Assembly (NCBI GenBank): GCA_963726255.1 | Contig: CAVSBL010000002.1 | Span: 1,184,001 to 1,248,000 of the forward strand | Source: Candidatus Bathyarchaeota archaeon | Lineage (GTDB): Archaea; Thermoproteota; Bathyarchaeia; 40CM-2-53-6 | Direction: 5' to 3' | DNA length: 64,000 nt | Shown: positions 9,673 through 19,011 of the stretch, one piece after another | Layout: each line of letters opens with the position of its first letter | Numbering within the stretch: position 1 is the first letter of the stretch | The notes under the pieces: model-generated | The model's input: the letters and a program-made list of their open reading frames with translations, nothing else | Told to the model about the DNA's origin: nothing | Database searches by the model: none | Translations under genes and position numbers: made by a program

Positions 9673-10161
9673 CTACGAGTTCGCCGACGTGTTGGGCTGA
9701 ACGATTAGCCGCGAGACCATGAAAACGTGAACTGTGCAGAAAATGTTGCAGTACATCACGAATGTTCCAGGTACCGTGGCTGTGAAGACGATCTTGTAGG
9801 CTTCGCCTGGCGTCATGGCTATACCGGCAGGGAAGTAGGTGCTTATGGCGAACCCGTGCGGTTGCGTCGTGTCCTTATTGCAGACGAGGATGTGAACCAC
9901 GTCCCCTTGCTGCACTCGAATGACCGGCCACGGGTTCGCCGGCGCTCCGTGGCTTATGCTATCGTTGAACCCTGAAAGGTCAGCGATGATCAGAAAGAAG
10001 CCGGGCGGTCGATCACAAGTCGACCTAGTAACAACGGCGGGAGTGACGACGTTGGACGATTGGGGTGGGGGAACGACAACGATCCCTGTAACAAAAGCAG
10101 CCACAATGACGATTAACCCCACCAAGAGTACGACTGCAGCTAATTTCCTACGGGAACCCAT
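9673..10161 (-). CDS. Membrane-anchored cupredoxin with CuA-like ligand set
   Basis: N-terminal TM; V.QGD.V, HGF, PGE, PGTF..YCNIFCTVHVFM. Confidence 0.8.
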   Translation of the reverse strand: MGSRRKLAAVVLLVGLIVIVAAFVTGIVVVPPPQSSNVVTPAVVTRSTCDRPPGFFLIIADLSGFNDSISHGAPANPWPVIRVQQGDVVHILVCNKDTTQPHGFAISTYFPAGIAMTPGEAYKIVFTATVPGTFVMYCNIFCTVHVFMVSRLIVQPNTSANS

Positions 10162-10196
10162 TCATGCCACGCGTCCCGCCACGAAGTTTGAGGCAC

Positions 10197-11015
10197 TTAT
10201 GAGTGAAGCATCGCTGCGCCATAAAGGCAGAGGAATCCGATCAAAACCATTAACGCCATCTTGACGTACTGTGAATAGGTCAGATCGCCTTTCCAACCGT
10301 CTCCCCAAATCGACCTAACAGCCAACAGTCCAACGACAAGTGCAGCTCCGCCCCCCAGCGCGAAGAGGTAAGCTGAATTTACTTCGACGAAATAACCGAC
10401 AACATCACCCAGCACAGAAGGTATGCCAAAGGCTAAACCTAGAAGCGCAATACGTCTCCATTCAACGCGAAGCGAGAAACGTTCACCCTCCATAAGAGCA
10501 ACGAAAACAATCATGACTAGCGATGCCTCCAGGAACTTATGCATTACGTACGCTACCCCCCCGCCTACTCCGCCGATGGCGTCGAGAATAGTCGTCGCTG
10601 TCGTCCCCGCTGACAACCCTCCAAATTCGAGGCCCTCGCCGATACCGTGAAAACCCATACCAATCGCAACAAGCAGAGCAGTCAGGAAAGGCCCCGCCGT
10701 AGGTGATCGGGTCGTGTTCATTCTCTTCGAAAGGCCAACACCCGCGGGCAGCGCTATTGCGAGAAAACCAAAGATAAACATCAGCAGCAAACCGGTGTGT
10801 TGAGGATTGAAGTCGTACCCGTCGTTAACCCCCAACTGAACCGCATCATTGAGCGTATCCAAGAAAAACCAAAACAAAAGCCCAAGCGCAAAAGCGGAAA
10901 GATACCGAGATTCAATACGAGCCGTTCGTACGGCACCTGCTAGAAACATACCGAGATAAAGCGGAATGAATGTTGCGAGTACAAACTCTACAAACGAGAC
11001 AACGAACGATATCAT
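10197..11015 (-). CDS. ZIP-family-like metal transporter
   Basis: About 8 TM segments; GFHGIGEG and HKFLE motifs match the ZIP TM4/TM5 HxxxE motifs. Confidence 0.65.
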   Translation of the reverse strand: MISFVVSFVEFVLATFIPLYLGMFLAGAVRTARIESRYLSAFALGLLFWFFLDTLNDAVQLGVNDGYDFNPQHTGLLLMFIFGFLAIALPAGVGLSKRMNTTRSPTAGPFLTALLVAIGMGFHGIGEGLEFGGLSAGTTATTILDAIGGVGGGVAYVMHKFLEASLVMIVFVALMEGERFSLRVEWRRIALLGLAFGIPSVLGDVVGYFVEVNSAYLFALGGGAALVVGLLAVRSIWGDGWKGDLTYSQYVKMALMVLIGFLCLYGAAMLHS

Positions 11016-11146
11016 AATCGAGGCATTAAATTCGGCTTACTATAAACTTTGCATGATGTTCGGTTCGCGTTCGCCCTCGTTCGCGAGACTCAAACAATTC
11101 ATCTCAGTAAGACGGATATTTTTCGGGAATCGAAATGGTCTGAATT

Positions 11147-11962
11147 TCATTCTGAGTGGGCATGCGGATGGGTGTGAAGAACTTGTCCGTGTTTGTGCGC
11201 ATGAACATGAACCAGATTGGCATTCAACAGGAGATCCCAGTTGTTGAGCATCTCCTCTGTTGGCCCCTCGCCTGCCATGCTATGTTGCTCGCTTAGGATG
11301 ATGCAGCGGTTTGACGTGTCGGCTGCAAGTTCAATATCGTGAGTAGCAGTGACGATTGTATTGCCGCTATCATGCAATTCATTGAGGAATCCTTCTAGCC
11401 AGACTTTGGTGCGGGGGTCGAGGTCTGAGCTGGGCTCATCCAGCAGGAGGATGTCGGGGCCCAATGAAAGGACGGAGGCTAAAGCCACTTTCCGCTTTTC
11501 GCCCTCACTCAAGCTCTGTGGGCTACGATTTCTGAGATGCTGAATTCTCAAGAGAGAAAGCGCTTCATTCACCCGTTTCTCCACGTCCTGTTCAGGCAAG
11601 CCAAGTTGCAGAGGGGCGAACGACACTTCTTCCCAGACTACCGGCGAGAATAGCTGGGAATCAGCATCCTGAAAAACCATACCCACCCTCTGTCTGAAAT
11701 AGCGGGCGAATTCACTTCTATTCAACTCCATTCCCGCTTCACTTAACGTAGACCCAAACGCTCGGACAGTTCCTGACGAGGGAAAGATTAGACCGCACAA
11801 TATCTTGAGGAGCGTGGATTTCCCTGAACCATTCGCGCCTAGAATAGCAATTGAATCACCAAATCTAATGTTCATAGATATGCCGCTAAGCGCAGAATTC
11901 TTGCCAGAGTAGGAATAACACACATTCTGCAGCTCGAACACGAGCCCACTATCTTGAGCCAT
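11147..11962 (-). CDS. cbiO: ECF transporter ATPase (CbiO/NikO) with His-rich tail
   Basis: GANGSGKS, LSEGEK, LLLDEP; C-terminal HVHAHKHGQVLHTHPHAH. Confidence 0.9.
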   Translation of the reverse strand: MAQDSGLVFELQNVCYSYSGKNSALSGISMNIRFGDSIAILGANGSGKSTLLKILCGLIFPSSGTVRAFGSTLSEAGMELNRSEFARYFRQRVGMVFQDADSQLFSPVVWEEVSFAPLQLGLPEQDVEKRVNEALSLLRIQHLRNRSPQSLSEGEKRKVALASVLSLGPDILLLDEPSSDLDPRTKVWLEGFLNELHDSGNTIVTATHDIELAADTSNRCIILSEQHSMAGEGPTEEMLNNWDLLLNANLVHVHAHKHGQVLHTHPHAHSE

Positions 11963-11963
11963 T

Positions 11964-12908
11964 TCAAATCCCGTTCAACACGGCGATGTTGCGAAGCATG
12001 AGTAGCAATACGCCTAGTCCAAGGAGAAATCCCAAGAAAGCCCAGTCAAACGGTTCAGCGCGGAATCCAGTAACCTTTCTAACTCTCCCATCATAGCCGC
12101 GTGAAATCATTGACAAATTAACAAGCTCACTCATATTCATTGACCGACGGAAAAGGACTCCAATAGTTGCGCCCAACCACTCTCTCACATTCGCACTACG
12201 TTCGGGGCTCAGTGTTCTGCTCTTTAGGGCAAAGGTCATGTCTTGTGCAATGCCTACCAAGACGAATACGTACCTGTAGGTCATTCCGAGTATCATCACA
12301 AAGGCCCTTGGAACCTTCAGACCTTGAAGGGATGCTACTAGGTCAGTCCAGCGGGTGGTCAGAGCGAGTAGGATCACGAAGGAGGCGGCAGCTCCCGTCC
12401 TCAAGACAAAGAGGAGGGCACCTTGAACGCCGGGAACCGTGATTGTAATCGTCCACGGAGAAACAAGAAGCCCAAGGGACTCACCCTTACTTAGCAGTAC
12501 GAAAAGAGGTTGTCCGGGAACGATGAAGTTGAACATAGCTGGCACAGCAATGACCAATGTGAATAGCGGAATGAAGAGCCAAACTCGTTTCAAGTAGTAA
12601 CCAAGTCTCACCTTCGAGGCAACACCAAGAAGAATAGCGACACCGAGAATAGTCAGAATCCATTCCACGCGGTTCACGAGAGTGATACAGACGACAACCC
12701 AAAGCATCCCGATCAGTTTGAAACGAGGGTCAACGAATTGCAGCAATCCTCTCTTGCACGCATAGCCTTCAGCGTAGCTGGATTCATCAAAGAAACCCGA
12801 GAACGCTCTGATGGTTCTATCCACTATGCTCTTCTTGCTAGACCCTGTTAAGGTGCAGCACGGACAAGCGCCGAAGGCTGGTCTCTCACTCAGCCATTCA
12901 GGCAGCAT
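11964..12908 (-). CDS. cbiQ: ECF transporter T component (CbiQ/NikQ)
   Basis: DPRFKL, YRY.FVL, SR..., SRGY motifs. Confidence 0.9.
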   Translation of the reverse strand: MLPEWLSERPAFGACPCCTLTGSSKKSIVDRTIRAFSGFFDESSYAEGYACKRGLLQFVDPRFKLIGMLWVVVCITLVNRVEWILTILGVAILLGVASKVRLGYYLKRVWLFIPLFTLVIAVPAMFNFIVPGQPLFVLLSKGESLGLLVSPWTITITVPGVQGALLFVLRTGAAASFVILLALTTRWTDLVASLQGLKVPRAFVMILGMTYRYVFVLVGIAQDMTFALKSRTLSPERSANVREWLGATIGVLFRRSMNMSELVNLSMISRGYDGRVRKVTGFRAEPFDWAFLGFLLGLGVLLLMLRNIAVLNGI

Positions 12909-12914
12909 CTGACA

Positions 12915-13985
12915 TTAGGTCTCCTCTTGACTTAAAGGATCTGAGACGATAGTTTTTGATTTAACTCGGTAGAATGCGAAAAGAGACAAACCGAGAGTGG
13001 ATACTCCAATCGCAGCCGCGAGGACATACGCCAAGCTGAGTTGGGTGAAGGTTGTTGCCCCAGGCACGCTGTAGCCGCTCAAAGGAGCATTGTACAGACC
13101 CTCCAAGCTCGTGAGCCCTGCAGGGGGCGTCATCCCGAATAATGTTTCTAGTTGGGAAGCACTCCATTCGGCAAACGCCGATCCTGGAGCCAACAGGCCC
13201 AAAGGGACGAGGACTACCAGAACGGCCAGGAGTACCCACAGTCTTCTGAAAATTGAGCGCTGTGGCGCTGGAGACTGCACATTTACCATAGGCGTTGGAA
13301 TAGTCTGGACTATCGGAGTGGCCAATATGGATGGGTCAGAACGCATTATGTAGGAAACCAAGAAACCAGTTGCAGCCGCGTCGACAAAACCAAAGACAAA
13401 CCCATGAGAAATCAACATGGCGGGAATCGTTACTGATGATGGAAACGGAGCGTACAGAGGGCTACCGTTAGAAGCGTGATACAGTATCGGCTGCAGTCCT
13501 AGTTCTATGGCGCAGCACAGAGCCGCGGCGTTCAATCCTATGTATCCAGATGCCGCAGCCGCCAACCAGCGTCGGCGAGACAGAAGGGGAGCACGAGTAG
13601 CCAGCAGCTTGTAGACATAGTAGCTGACAAAGGACATGACTAGCCCCATGTTGAACGAGTTGGCAGCGAAAGTCGTTATTCCGCCGTCCCCGAACAAGAG
13701 ACATTGAATTAGCAGAGCACCAGTAACGCCCAGAAACCCGAACCAAGGCCCCAAGGTCAGAGCAAGGATAGCTGCCCCAACTGCATGTCCCGTTGTTCCT
13801 CCAGGCGCTGGAAAGTTGAACATCATTATTACGAATGAGAAGGCCACTCCAAACGCAAGCCACGGTAATTGTTTGGTCTTGAGATTCTTCTCTACTTTCC
13901 TTGACGCTACGAACCATAACGGGATCATGATTATGTAGAAGAAAATGAACGTCGAGGGCCCCAGATATCCATCCGGAATATGCAC
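12915..13985 (-). CDS. cbiM: Ni/Co ECF S component CbiM/NikM fused to a NikN-like domain
   Basis: N-terminal MHIPDG metal-binding motif, GGTTGH, GDGG; C-terminal PLGLLAPG..AEW...AP..Y. Confidence 0.9.
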   Translation of the reverse strand: MHIPDGYLGPSTFIFFYIIMIPLWFVASRKVEKNLKTKQLPWLAFGVAFSFVIMMFNFPAPGGTTGHAVGAAILALTLGPWFGFLGVTGALLIQCLLFGDGGITTFAANSFNMGLVMSFVSYYVYKLLATRAPLLSRRRWLAAAASGYIGLNAAALCCAIELGLQPILYHASNGSPLYAPFPSSVTIPAMLISHGFVFGFVDAAATGFLVSYIMRSDPSILATPIVQTIPTPMVNVQSPAPQRSIFRRLWVLLAVLVVLVPLGLLAPGSAFAEWSASQLETLFGMTPPAGLTSLEGLYNAPLSGYSVPGATTFTQLSLAYVLAAAIGVSTLGLSLFAFYRVKSKTIVSDPLSQEET

Positions 13986-13997
13986 ACTAGGCCACCA

Positions 13998-14025
13998 GTA
14001 TTACGACTTCGCTAACTAGTATTAC
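13998..14025. promoter_or_regulatory. Candidate NikR operator GTATTA-N16-TATTAC
   Basis: 28-bp site with the GTA...TAC geometry of the E. coli NikR box (GTATGA-N16-TCATAC). It lies between the TATA-like TTTATTAG (minus strand, 14034-14027) and the cbiM start. Confidence 0.7.
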
Positions 14026-14111
14026 TCTAATAAACTGTTAGAACGGTGTGGATGCCCTATAATCTCAGAACATGAAAGCCGATATCATGATATGTTGAAA
14101 GTTGCACTTGG

Positions 14112-14537
14112 ATGGGAGGTGTGTCGTTCTTGGTGAAGGTGGACAGGTTTAGCTTCTCTACGCCGCCAAAGTTGATGAAGCAATTTGATGATTCGCTCAG
14201 GGCAATAGGGTACAAAGACCGATCGAAAGGGCTGCAGGTTGCCATGCGCAACTTCGTCACTGAGTATACTTGGATAGGAGAGAAAAACAAGCTTGGAGCA
14301 GGCGCTGTTCTGTTAACCTATGATCATAGATCCCACGGAGTCCAGGAAGCACTTACTGATGTTCAACACCATTATAGGGACTCAATAAACTCCACGACAC
14401 ATATTCACCTTGACGAATTTCGATGCTTGGAGATAATCTCAGTCAAGGGTAGATTGGAGAGAATTCAGGGTATGGCTAAGGATCTCATGAAAACGAAAGG
14501 TGTCTCACAGCTCAAACTGTCAACAGTATCTCTGTAG
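14112..14537 (+). CDS. nikR: Nickel-responsive regulator NikR (true start probably 14130/14133)
   Basis: RHH N-terminus (RFSFS...GY.DRS); YDH, QH, HIH and CLE nickel ligands. Confidence 0.92.
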   Translation: MGGVSFLVKVDRFSFSTPPKLMKQFDDSLRAIGYKDRSKGLQVAMRNFVTEYTWIGEKNKLGAGAVLLTYDHRSHGVQEALTDVQHHYRDSINSTTHIHLDEFRCLEIISVKGRLERIQGMAKDLMKTKGVSQLKLSTVSL

Positions 14538-14609
14538 TGAATACTGATTAGCTGAACTGGAAATTGCGGTGTCGACTCAGGCTCGTGCTGATGGATCGTT
14601 GCGGCATTG

Positions 14610-14678
14610 TAGCCACGATATTCGTGGGTGGCTAACAATCGGTGGAACCCTCATGGAACCTACGATATTGGTGGGTTC
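14610..14678. repeat. Two 17-nt copies of C(C/T)ACGATATT(C/G)GTGGGT, each within a hairpin
   Basis: Copies at 14613-14629 and 14660-14676 (15/17 identical); stems TAGCCAC/GTGGCTA and GAACCTAC/GTGGGTTC. Confidence 0.6.
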
Positions 14679-14875
14679 GTATCCAACCGAAACCATCGTT
14701 CATGTGTTGACGAAAATTGAGAGCTAGATTGCGTGTGGACAATTGACAATGCCATAAGGAATGACGTGTTTTTCTATGCGTTAGAAGTGGATAGTCGCAC
14801 GTTTCTGAAATGCCGTTAGAAAGAAAAACTGTCATCGACAAAGTTCGCATCTATCCCGTTATTGAGGCTTGATTC

Positions 14876-16435
14876 TTGACTGCGACGTCACTGTTGTTGG
14901 AAATCAGTGCCTTCGGCATTTTCATCCACGCTTTCTTTCTGACAATCTCCCTTGGTTTTCCATGGGTGATCGGTGCGCTGCTCTACAAGTGGTGGAGAAC
15001 TAAAGACAAGGAATACTATGAAGCTGCACGGAATGTTACTGGCGTTCTTGGTCTCAACTTCGCCCTCGGCGCCATAACGGGAACCCTAGTTGAATTTGGG
15101 CTTGTTCAGGCTTGGCCCGGCTCAATCTTCGTAATTGCAACTTTTGGCATGATACCGATGACATTGGAACTCGTGGCGTTCATAGGCGAAATCGTACTGC
15201 TCGTGATGTTCATTGTTACGCTGGGTAAAGTTCGGCCGCTTGCGAGTCTGGGTGTAATGATGTTCTATGGTGCCATGGCCATTCTATCTGGCGTCTTGAT
15301 AATGGCGGTGAACAGTTGGCTGAACGTCCCCTGGGGAACTGGGAATCTAGCGTCGAACTTGTATCCGTTTCTGCCACAATACGGCCCGAGCGCAGTTAAC
15401 CCGTCCGCCCTCGTCAAGCTGAAGCTGGAACTCGTTAAGAATCTACTCGCTACTGGAACCGCGTCGCAGGTTTTGCAAAACCCTGACCTTGCAAGAGCCG
15501 TCGGTTTGACGCTAAGCGACCCATATGTCGCTTTATCATCTCCTTACGCATTGGCAAGCGCACTCCACGCCGTGAACGCGGGAATAATCGTTGGGATGTC
15601 CTTCGCCCTAGTCGGGTACGCTTACAGGTTCTTGAAAACTGGACAGGCTAAGTATGTGAGGATTGTGAAAGCTTTCCTGCCCATCCTTCTCGTCCTGCTG
15701 ATTCTTCAGCCAACAGTGTTCGGCGACCTCATGGGTAAGGCTGTTGCCTTTCAGCAGCCTACGAAATTCGCCCTGATGGAAGGCGCGGTCAACACAACTC
15801 AGAATCCTCTGATAGATTTCCTAGCCTACGGTAATCCGCAGCGCGCAATAGCCGGTTTCGATTCGCTAAGGAGCCAATGTGATTCATTGGGGCAAACGAC
15901 TCTCGGGAATCTTGCGACTTCTGTTGCCTCGAACATCTCGCTGGGCTCAGCTTCCTCGGTGAGCCTAAAGTCTGTCTGCCTATCAGACTTATCCAAGTCC
16001 GAGTCACGCCTCCTTGTGATATATCCACTCTACTATGCGAAAATAGCCTTTGGAATAATGGATTTGATGGCTATTGTGGGGTTATCTGCCCTAAACTTCA
16101 ACCTCGGCGCATTCTCAAGATTGGCGAAGCGTATTCTCAATCGTTTCGGTGAACGGAAATCTATGTTCCTGTTCTCGCTGCTCGTTGTCTTAGCGTCGAT
16201 TTTCGCGAGCGGTCTAGGTTGGTTCGTTCGTGAGGATGGGCGTAAGCCTTGGACTGTCTACGGGTTACTTTATCCAGAGGAGTTAATCACATCCGTTCCC
16301 ATCGGACCAGTCTTCATACTCTTCGCGGTACTCTTCGTTGCTGTCGCGGCGATTGGAATCTATGGGATTTACGTGGTTTCGACGAGGCGGTTGAAGTTCA
16401 TTGAACTCCTGAAGAAGGGAGCAGGAGTGGAGTGA
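14876..16435 (+). CDS. cydA: Cytochrome bd quinol oxidase subunit I (CydA)
   Basis: His18, FALGAITG..VEF, E....GE, NSWL..P, ALH, QPTKFALMEG, GWFVREDGRKPW. Confidence 0.92.
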   Translation: MTATSLLLEISAFGIFIHAFFLTISLGFPWVIGALLYKWWRTKDKEYYEAARNVTGVLGLNFALGAITGTLVEFGLVQAWPGSIFVIATFGMIPMTLELVAFIGEIVLLVMFIVTLGKVRPLASLGVMMFYGAMAILSGVLIMAVNSWLNVPWGTGNLASNLYPFLPQYGPSAVNPSALVKLKLELVKNLLATGTASQVLQNPDLARAVGLTLSDPYVALSSPYALASALHAVNAGIIVGMSFALVGYAYRFLKTGQAKYVRIVKAFLPILLVLLILQPTVFGDLMGKAVAFQQPTKFALMEGAVNTTQNPLIDFLAYGNPQRAIAGFDSLRSQCDSLGQTTLGNLATSVASNISLGSASSVSLKSVCLSDLSKSESRLLVIYPLYYAKIAFGIMDLMAIVGLSALNFNLGAFSRLAKRILNRFGERKSMFLFSLLVVLASIFASGLGWFVREDGRKPWTVYGLLYPEELITSVPIGPVFILFAVLFVAVAAIGIYGIYVVSTRRLKFIELLKKGAGVE

Positions 16436-16436
16436 G

Positions 16437-17582
16437 CTGGAGAACACGGAGCTTCTAGGGTTCACGATTCTTGGTATCGCTGTGATCGTTCACATCATAA
16501 TCGTGAACATCACGCTCGGAACCGGATGGATCTCGGCAATGGCGAGGTATCTTGCATGGTCCAAACGCAGACCGGATTTGGAAGTTATGTCGAGGAGGGT
16601 GTTCAAGATTCTGATTGTTCACGAGTTGTTCAGCGGGGTTTGGGGTACGATCATAACGGTCATACTGGCCGGTCTCTTCCCCACATTGATGGCTACTGCA
16701 ACTGACATAATTTTTCTGCCAATCCTCATAGCCCTCTCCTCGATACTCATTCGGATTCCATCAATCGCCTTATTCTGGTATAGTTGGGGGAAGATTCGGC
16801 CTGGTCTGCATACTGCGCTCGGTTTTGTTATGGCGATTTCCGGTTTCGGCGTCCCATTCGGTTTCAGGTATATCTTTGCAGAGATAACTTACCCATACGC
16901 CTTAGCGATGGCATTGCAGGGCCTGGTGAACGTCGCGCGCACGGCCGTATTCTTCAATCCACTCTATCCCTGGCTGCTGCTGCACACATGGTTTGGCGCT
17001 CTGTCGATAGGCGGATTCATAGTAGCGTCCTTTTTCGCCATTAAAGGAAACGTGAACTCAAAGTTCGCGTGGATAGGCCTCTGGCATGGCGTACTCTTCC
17101 TCTGCGTGCAAGGCCTACTGGGCCCAACCTATTTGGTGAACCTCACCGGTAAAGCGCCATTATTGTACTCGAACATTCTTGGTTTAACTGGATCAACGTT
17201 CGATATACTTCCACTCTTCACTTTGAAGCTCTCATTGGTCACGTTCCTGGTTGTGATCTCAATAAAGGTCTGGAAGAGCATCAACCGTGGAAATGGTAGC
17301 GTACCAAGGTATACTCTTGCGTTGGGACCGGCGGCAATTATGATCGCAATGATCGGAGAATTCATGAACGATGCAGGCAGATACCCATACTTAGTGATAC
17401 TGGGAAATTCCGGGTTGAGCCCTGTGGAATTTATGAACGTCTACGTACAGGTTCCATGGTCCACGGTACTCGGAGTTGTCGGTGTGCTACTTGCTTTCGT
17501 AGGCGTCTTCATGGTGACCGCATACTACGCATTGAACAAGCGTTTTCTCTCGGACATGCCCGAACAGTTCCAAACGTCATGA
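16437..17582 (+). CDS. CydA' (second CydA-like subunit of the archaeal CydAA' oxidase); probable CTG start at 16437
   Basis: CydA-like fold motifs (TM1 His, LLHTW, GEFMNDAGRYPY) without a Q-loop. TM1 extends upstream of the GTG at 16482. Confidence 0.8.
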   Translation: MENTELLGFTILGIAVIVHIIIVNITLGTGWISAMARYLAWSKRRPDLEVMSRRVFKILIVHELFSGVWGTIITVILAGLFPTLMATATDIIFLPILIALSSILIRIPSIALFWYSWGKIRPGLHTALGFVMAISGFGVPFGFRYIFAEITYPYALAMALQGLVNVARTAVFFNPLYPWLLLHTWFGALSIGGFIVASFFAIKGNVNSKFAWIGLWHGVLFLCVQGLLGPTYLVNLTGKAPLLYSNILGLTGSTFDILPLFTLKLSLVTFLVVISIKVWKSINRGNGSVPRYTLALGPAAIMIAMIGEFMNDAGRYPYLVILGNSGLSPVEFMNVYVQVPWSTVLGVVGVLLAFVGVFMVTAYYALNKRFLSDMPEQFQTS

Positions 17583-17646
17583 CCTATCCAACCGGATGAA
17601 CAGAGAATCAGCTGTGAACCGATCGGAGTGAAGACTGACTACTGGC

Positions 17647-18849
17647 CTAAATGAGAATGCCTGCCAACGCAATAAAACCAGACGCCACGATAAGCGCTAG
17701 GCTAACCCAGTAGGCAACACTCCATCCTAAACCAGACGATAAATTCCCCATCAACCGTTTCTTCCTCGTGATCAATCCAACCATTACGCCAGGTCCAAGG
17801 AGAACGAACACGAACAAAACCATCATGTCGATTGCCAGATGGAATAAGTCCGGGAACAGCATAGGCACAACAAGAGCTGGAAGAGATTCAAACAAATAGA
17901 TCCAGAAGAACCTCTGCCTACCCCAGCCTATTGCCTCAGCCAAACCCCACGCACTACCCAAAGAGACCACAACCAGCGCCAAGAACGAAGCAGCTATCAA
18001 GCCTATGGCAAAAACATATGGTGCATAGGAACCGGCTAGAGAAGACAACGCCCGCGAAAGCTCCTTGGGCGAACTCGTTTCGATCAAAGCGCCGTTCAAA
18101 CCAATCGTGGCTAGGAGTATCACAACCATTCCAACCTCACTCGCTATTGCCCCGAGCAAGGTCTCTAGACGCGAACTCCATAGGCTCTTGGTCCGCTTCT
18201 CAGCCGTAGCTGAGGCCTGGTAAAAGAGCATGAAAGGCATCACCACAGCTCCCGAAGTCGCCGCCAACAGGTAGAGAAAACCCGGCTTCCAACTCCAAAA
18301 GAAGAACATGTACTCACGCACCGGAGGCAATCCCCTAAGAAATAGCGACCCAGCATACGAAACGATCAAAACGGCAGAAAAAGCAACCAGGAATCTCTCC
18401 ACAGTCGTGTATCCTCTCTTCCATACGATGAGGAGGTAAACCACGTACACGACGGGCAGAGAGAGAATTGGTGCGACTCCAAGAAGTTGAAAGCCTATAG
18501 CGATTCCCGTAAACTCCGCAACATAGCTTAGAATGTCCGTACACGCCATCGGAACACTCGTGAGCAATGCAATTCTCCGAGAATAATTTTCTCTGACAAT
18601 CTCACCTAACCCCTTGCCCGTGGCGACGCCGATTCTTCCAGCAGCCTCCTGAATCAAGAACAATGGTACAGTTAAGAGGAGTAGAAACCAGACAAGTGAG
18701 TACCCGTACAGGGCTCCATCAGCGGCCGCAGTCAATATGCTTGCAGCATCCACATCAGCAATCATGACCACCCAAGCAGGACCAAACGAGTGAACGAACG
18801 TGCGCAACCTATCGAGTCCAGAAATGTCCCGCACCATGTCTTCACTCAA
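17647..18849 (-). CDS. NRAMP-family divalent cation transporter (DxDA-type subgroup)
   Basis: GPAW..MIADVDAAS, QE...RIG..TGKGL, GAVVMPFM.FYQ. Confidence 0.88.
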   Translation of the reverse strand: MSEDMVRDISGLDRLRTFVHSFGPAWVVMIADVDAASILTAAADGALYGYSLVWFLLLLTVPLFLIQEAAGRIGVATGKGLGEIVRENYSRRIALLTSVPMACTDILSYVAEFTGIAIGFQLLGVAPILSLPVVYVVYLLIVWKRGYTTVERFLVAFSAVLIVSYAGSLFLRGLPPVREYMFFFWSWKPGFLYLLAATSGAVVMPFMLFYQASATAEKRTKSLWSSRLETLLGAIASEVGMVVILLATIGLNGALIETSSPKELSRALSSLAGSYAPYVFAIGLIAASFLALVVVSLGSAWGLAEAIGWGRQRFFWIYLFESLPALVVPMLFPDLFHLAIDMMVLFVFVLLGPGVMVGLITRKKRLMGNLSSGLGWSVAYWVSLALIVASGFIALAGILI

Positions 18850-19011
18850 TCCTAAGCCTAATCCAATCAGTCGCTTACGATATCTGCAATTTTAACCGTC
18901 AGTTTGTGTATCGTCGTGGGTCTGGTCCTGCGCACCACTATCCCTACACACACGAAAACCGGAACGGGAAAGAATAGAAGGATAGGATCAACGATGTTTG
19001 TGCTTCGACTT

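Noticed and set aside
14613-14676. Two 17-nt repeats as a mini-CRISPR array
   Set aside because: Only two short imperfect copies, no cas genes and no leader; kept as a regulatory candidate instead.
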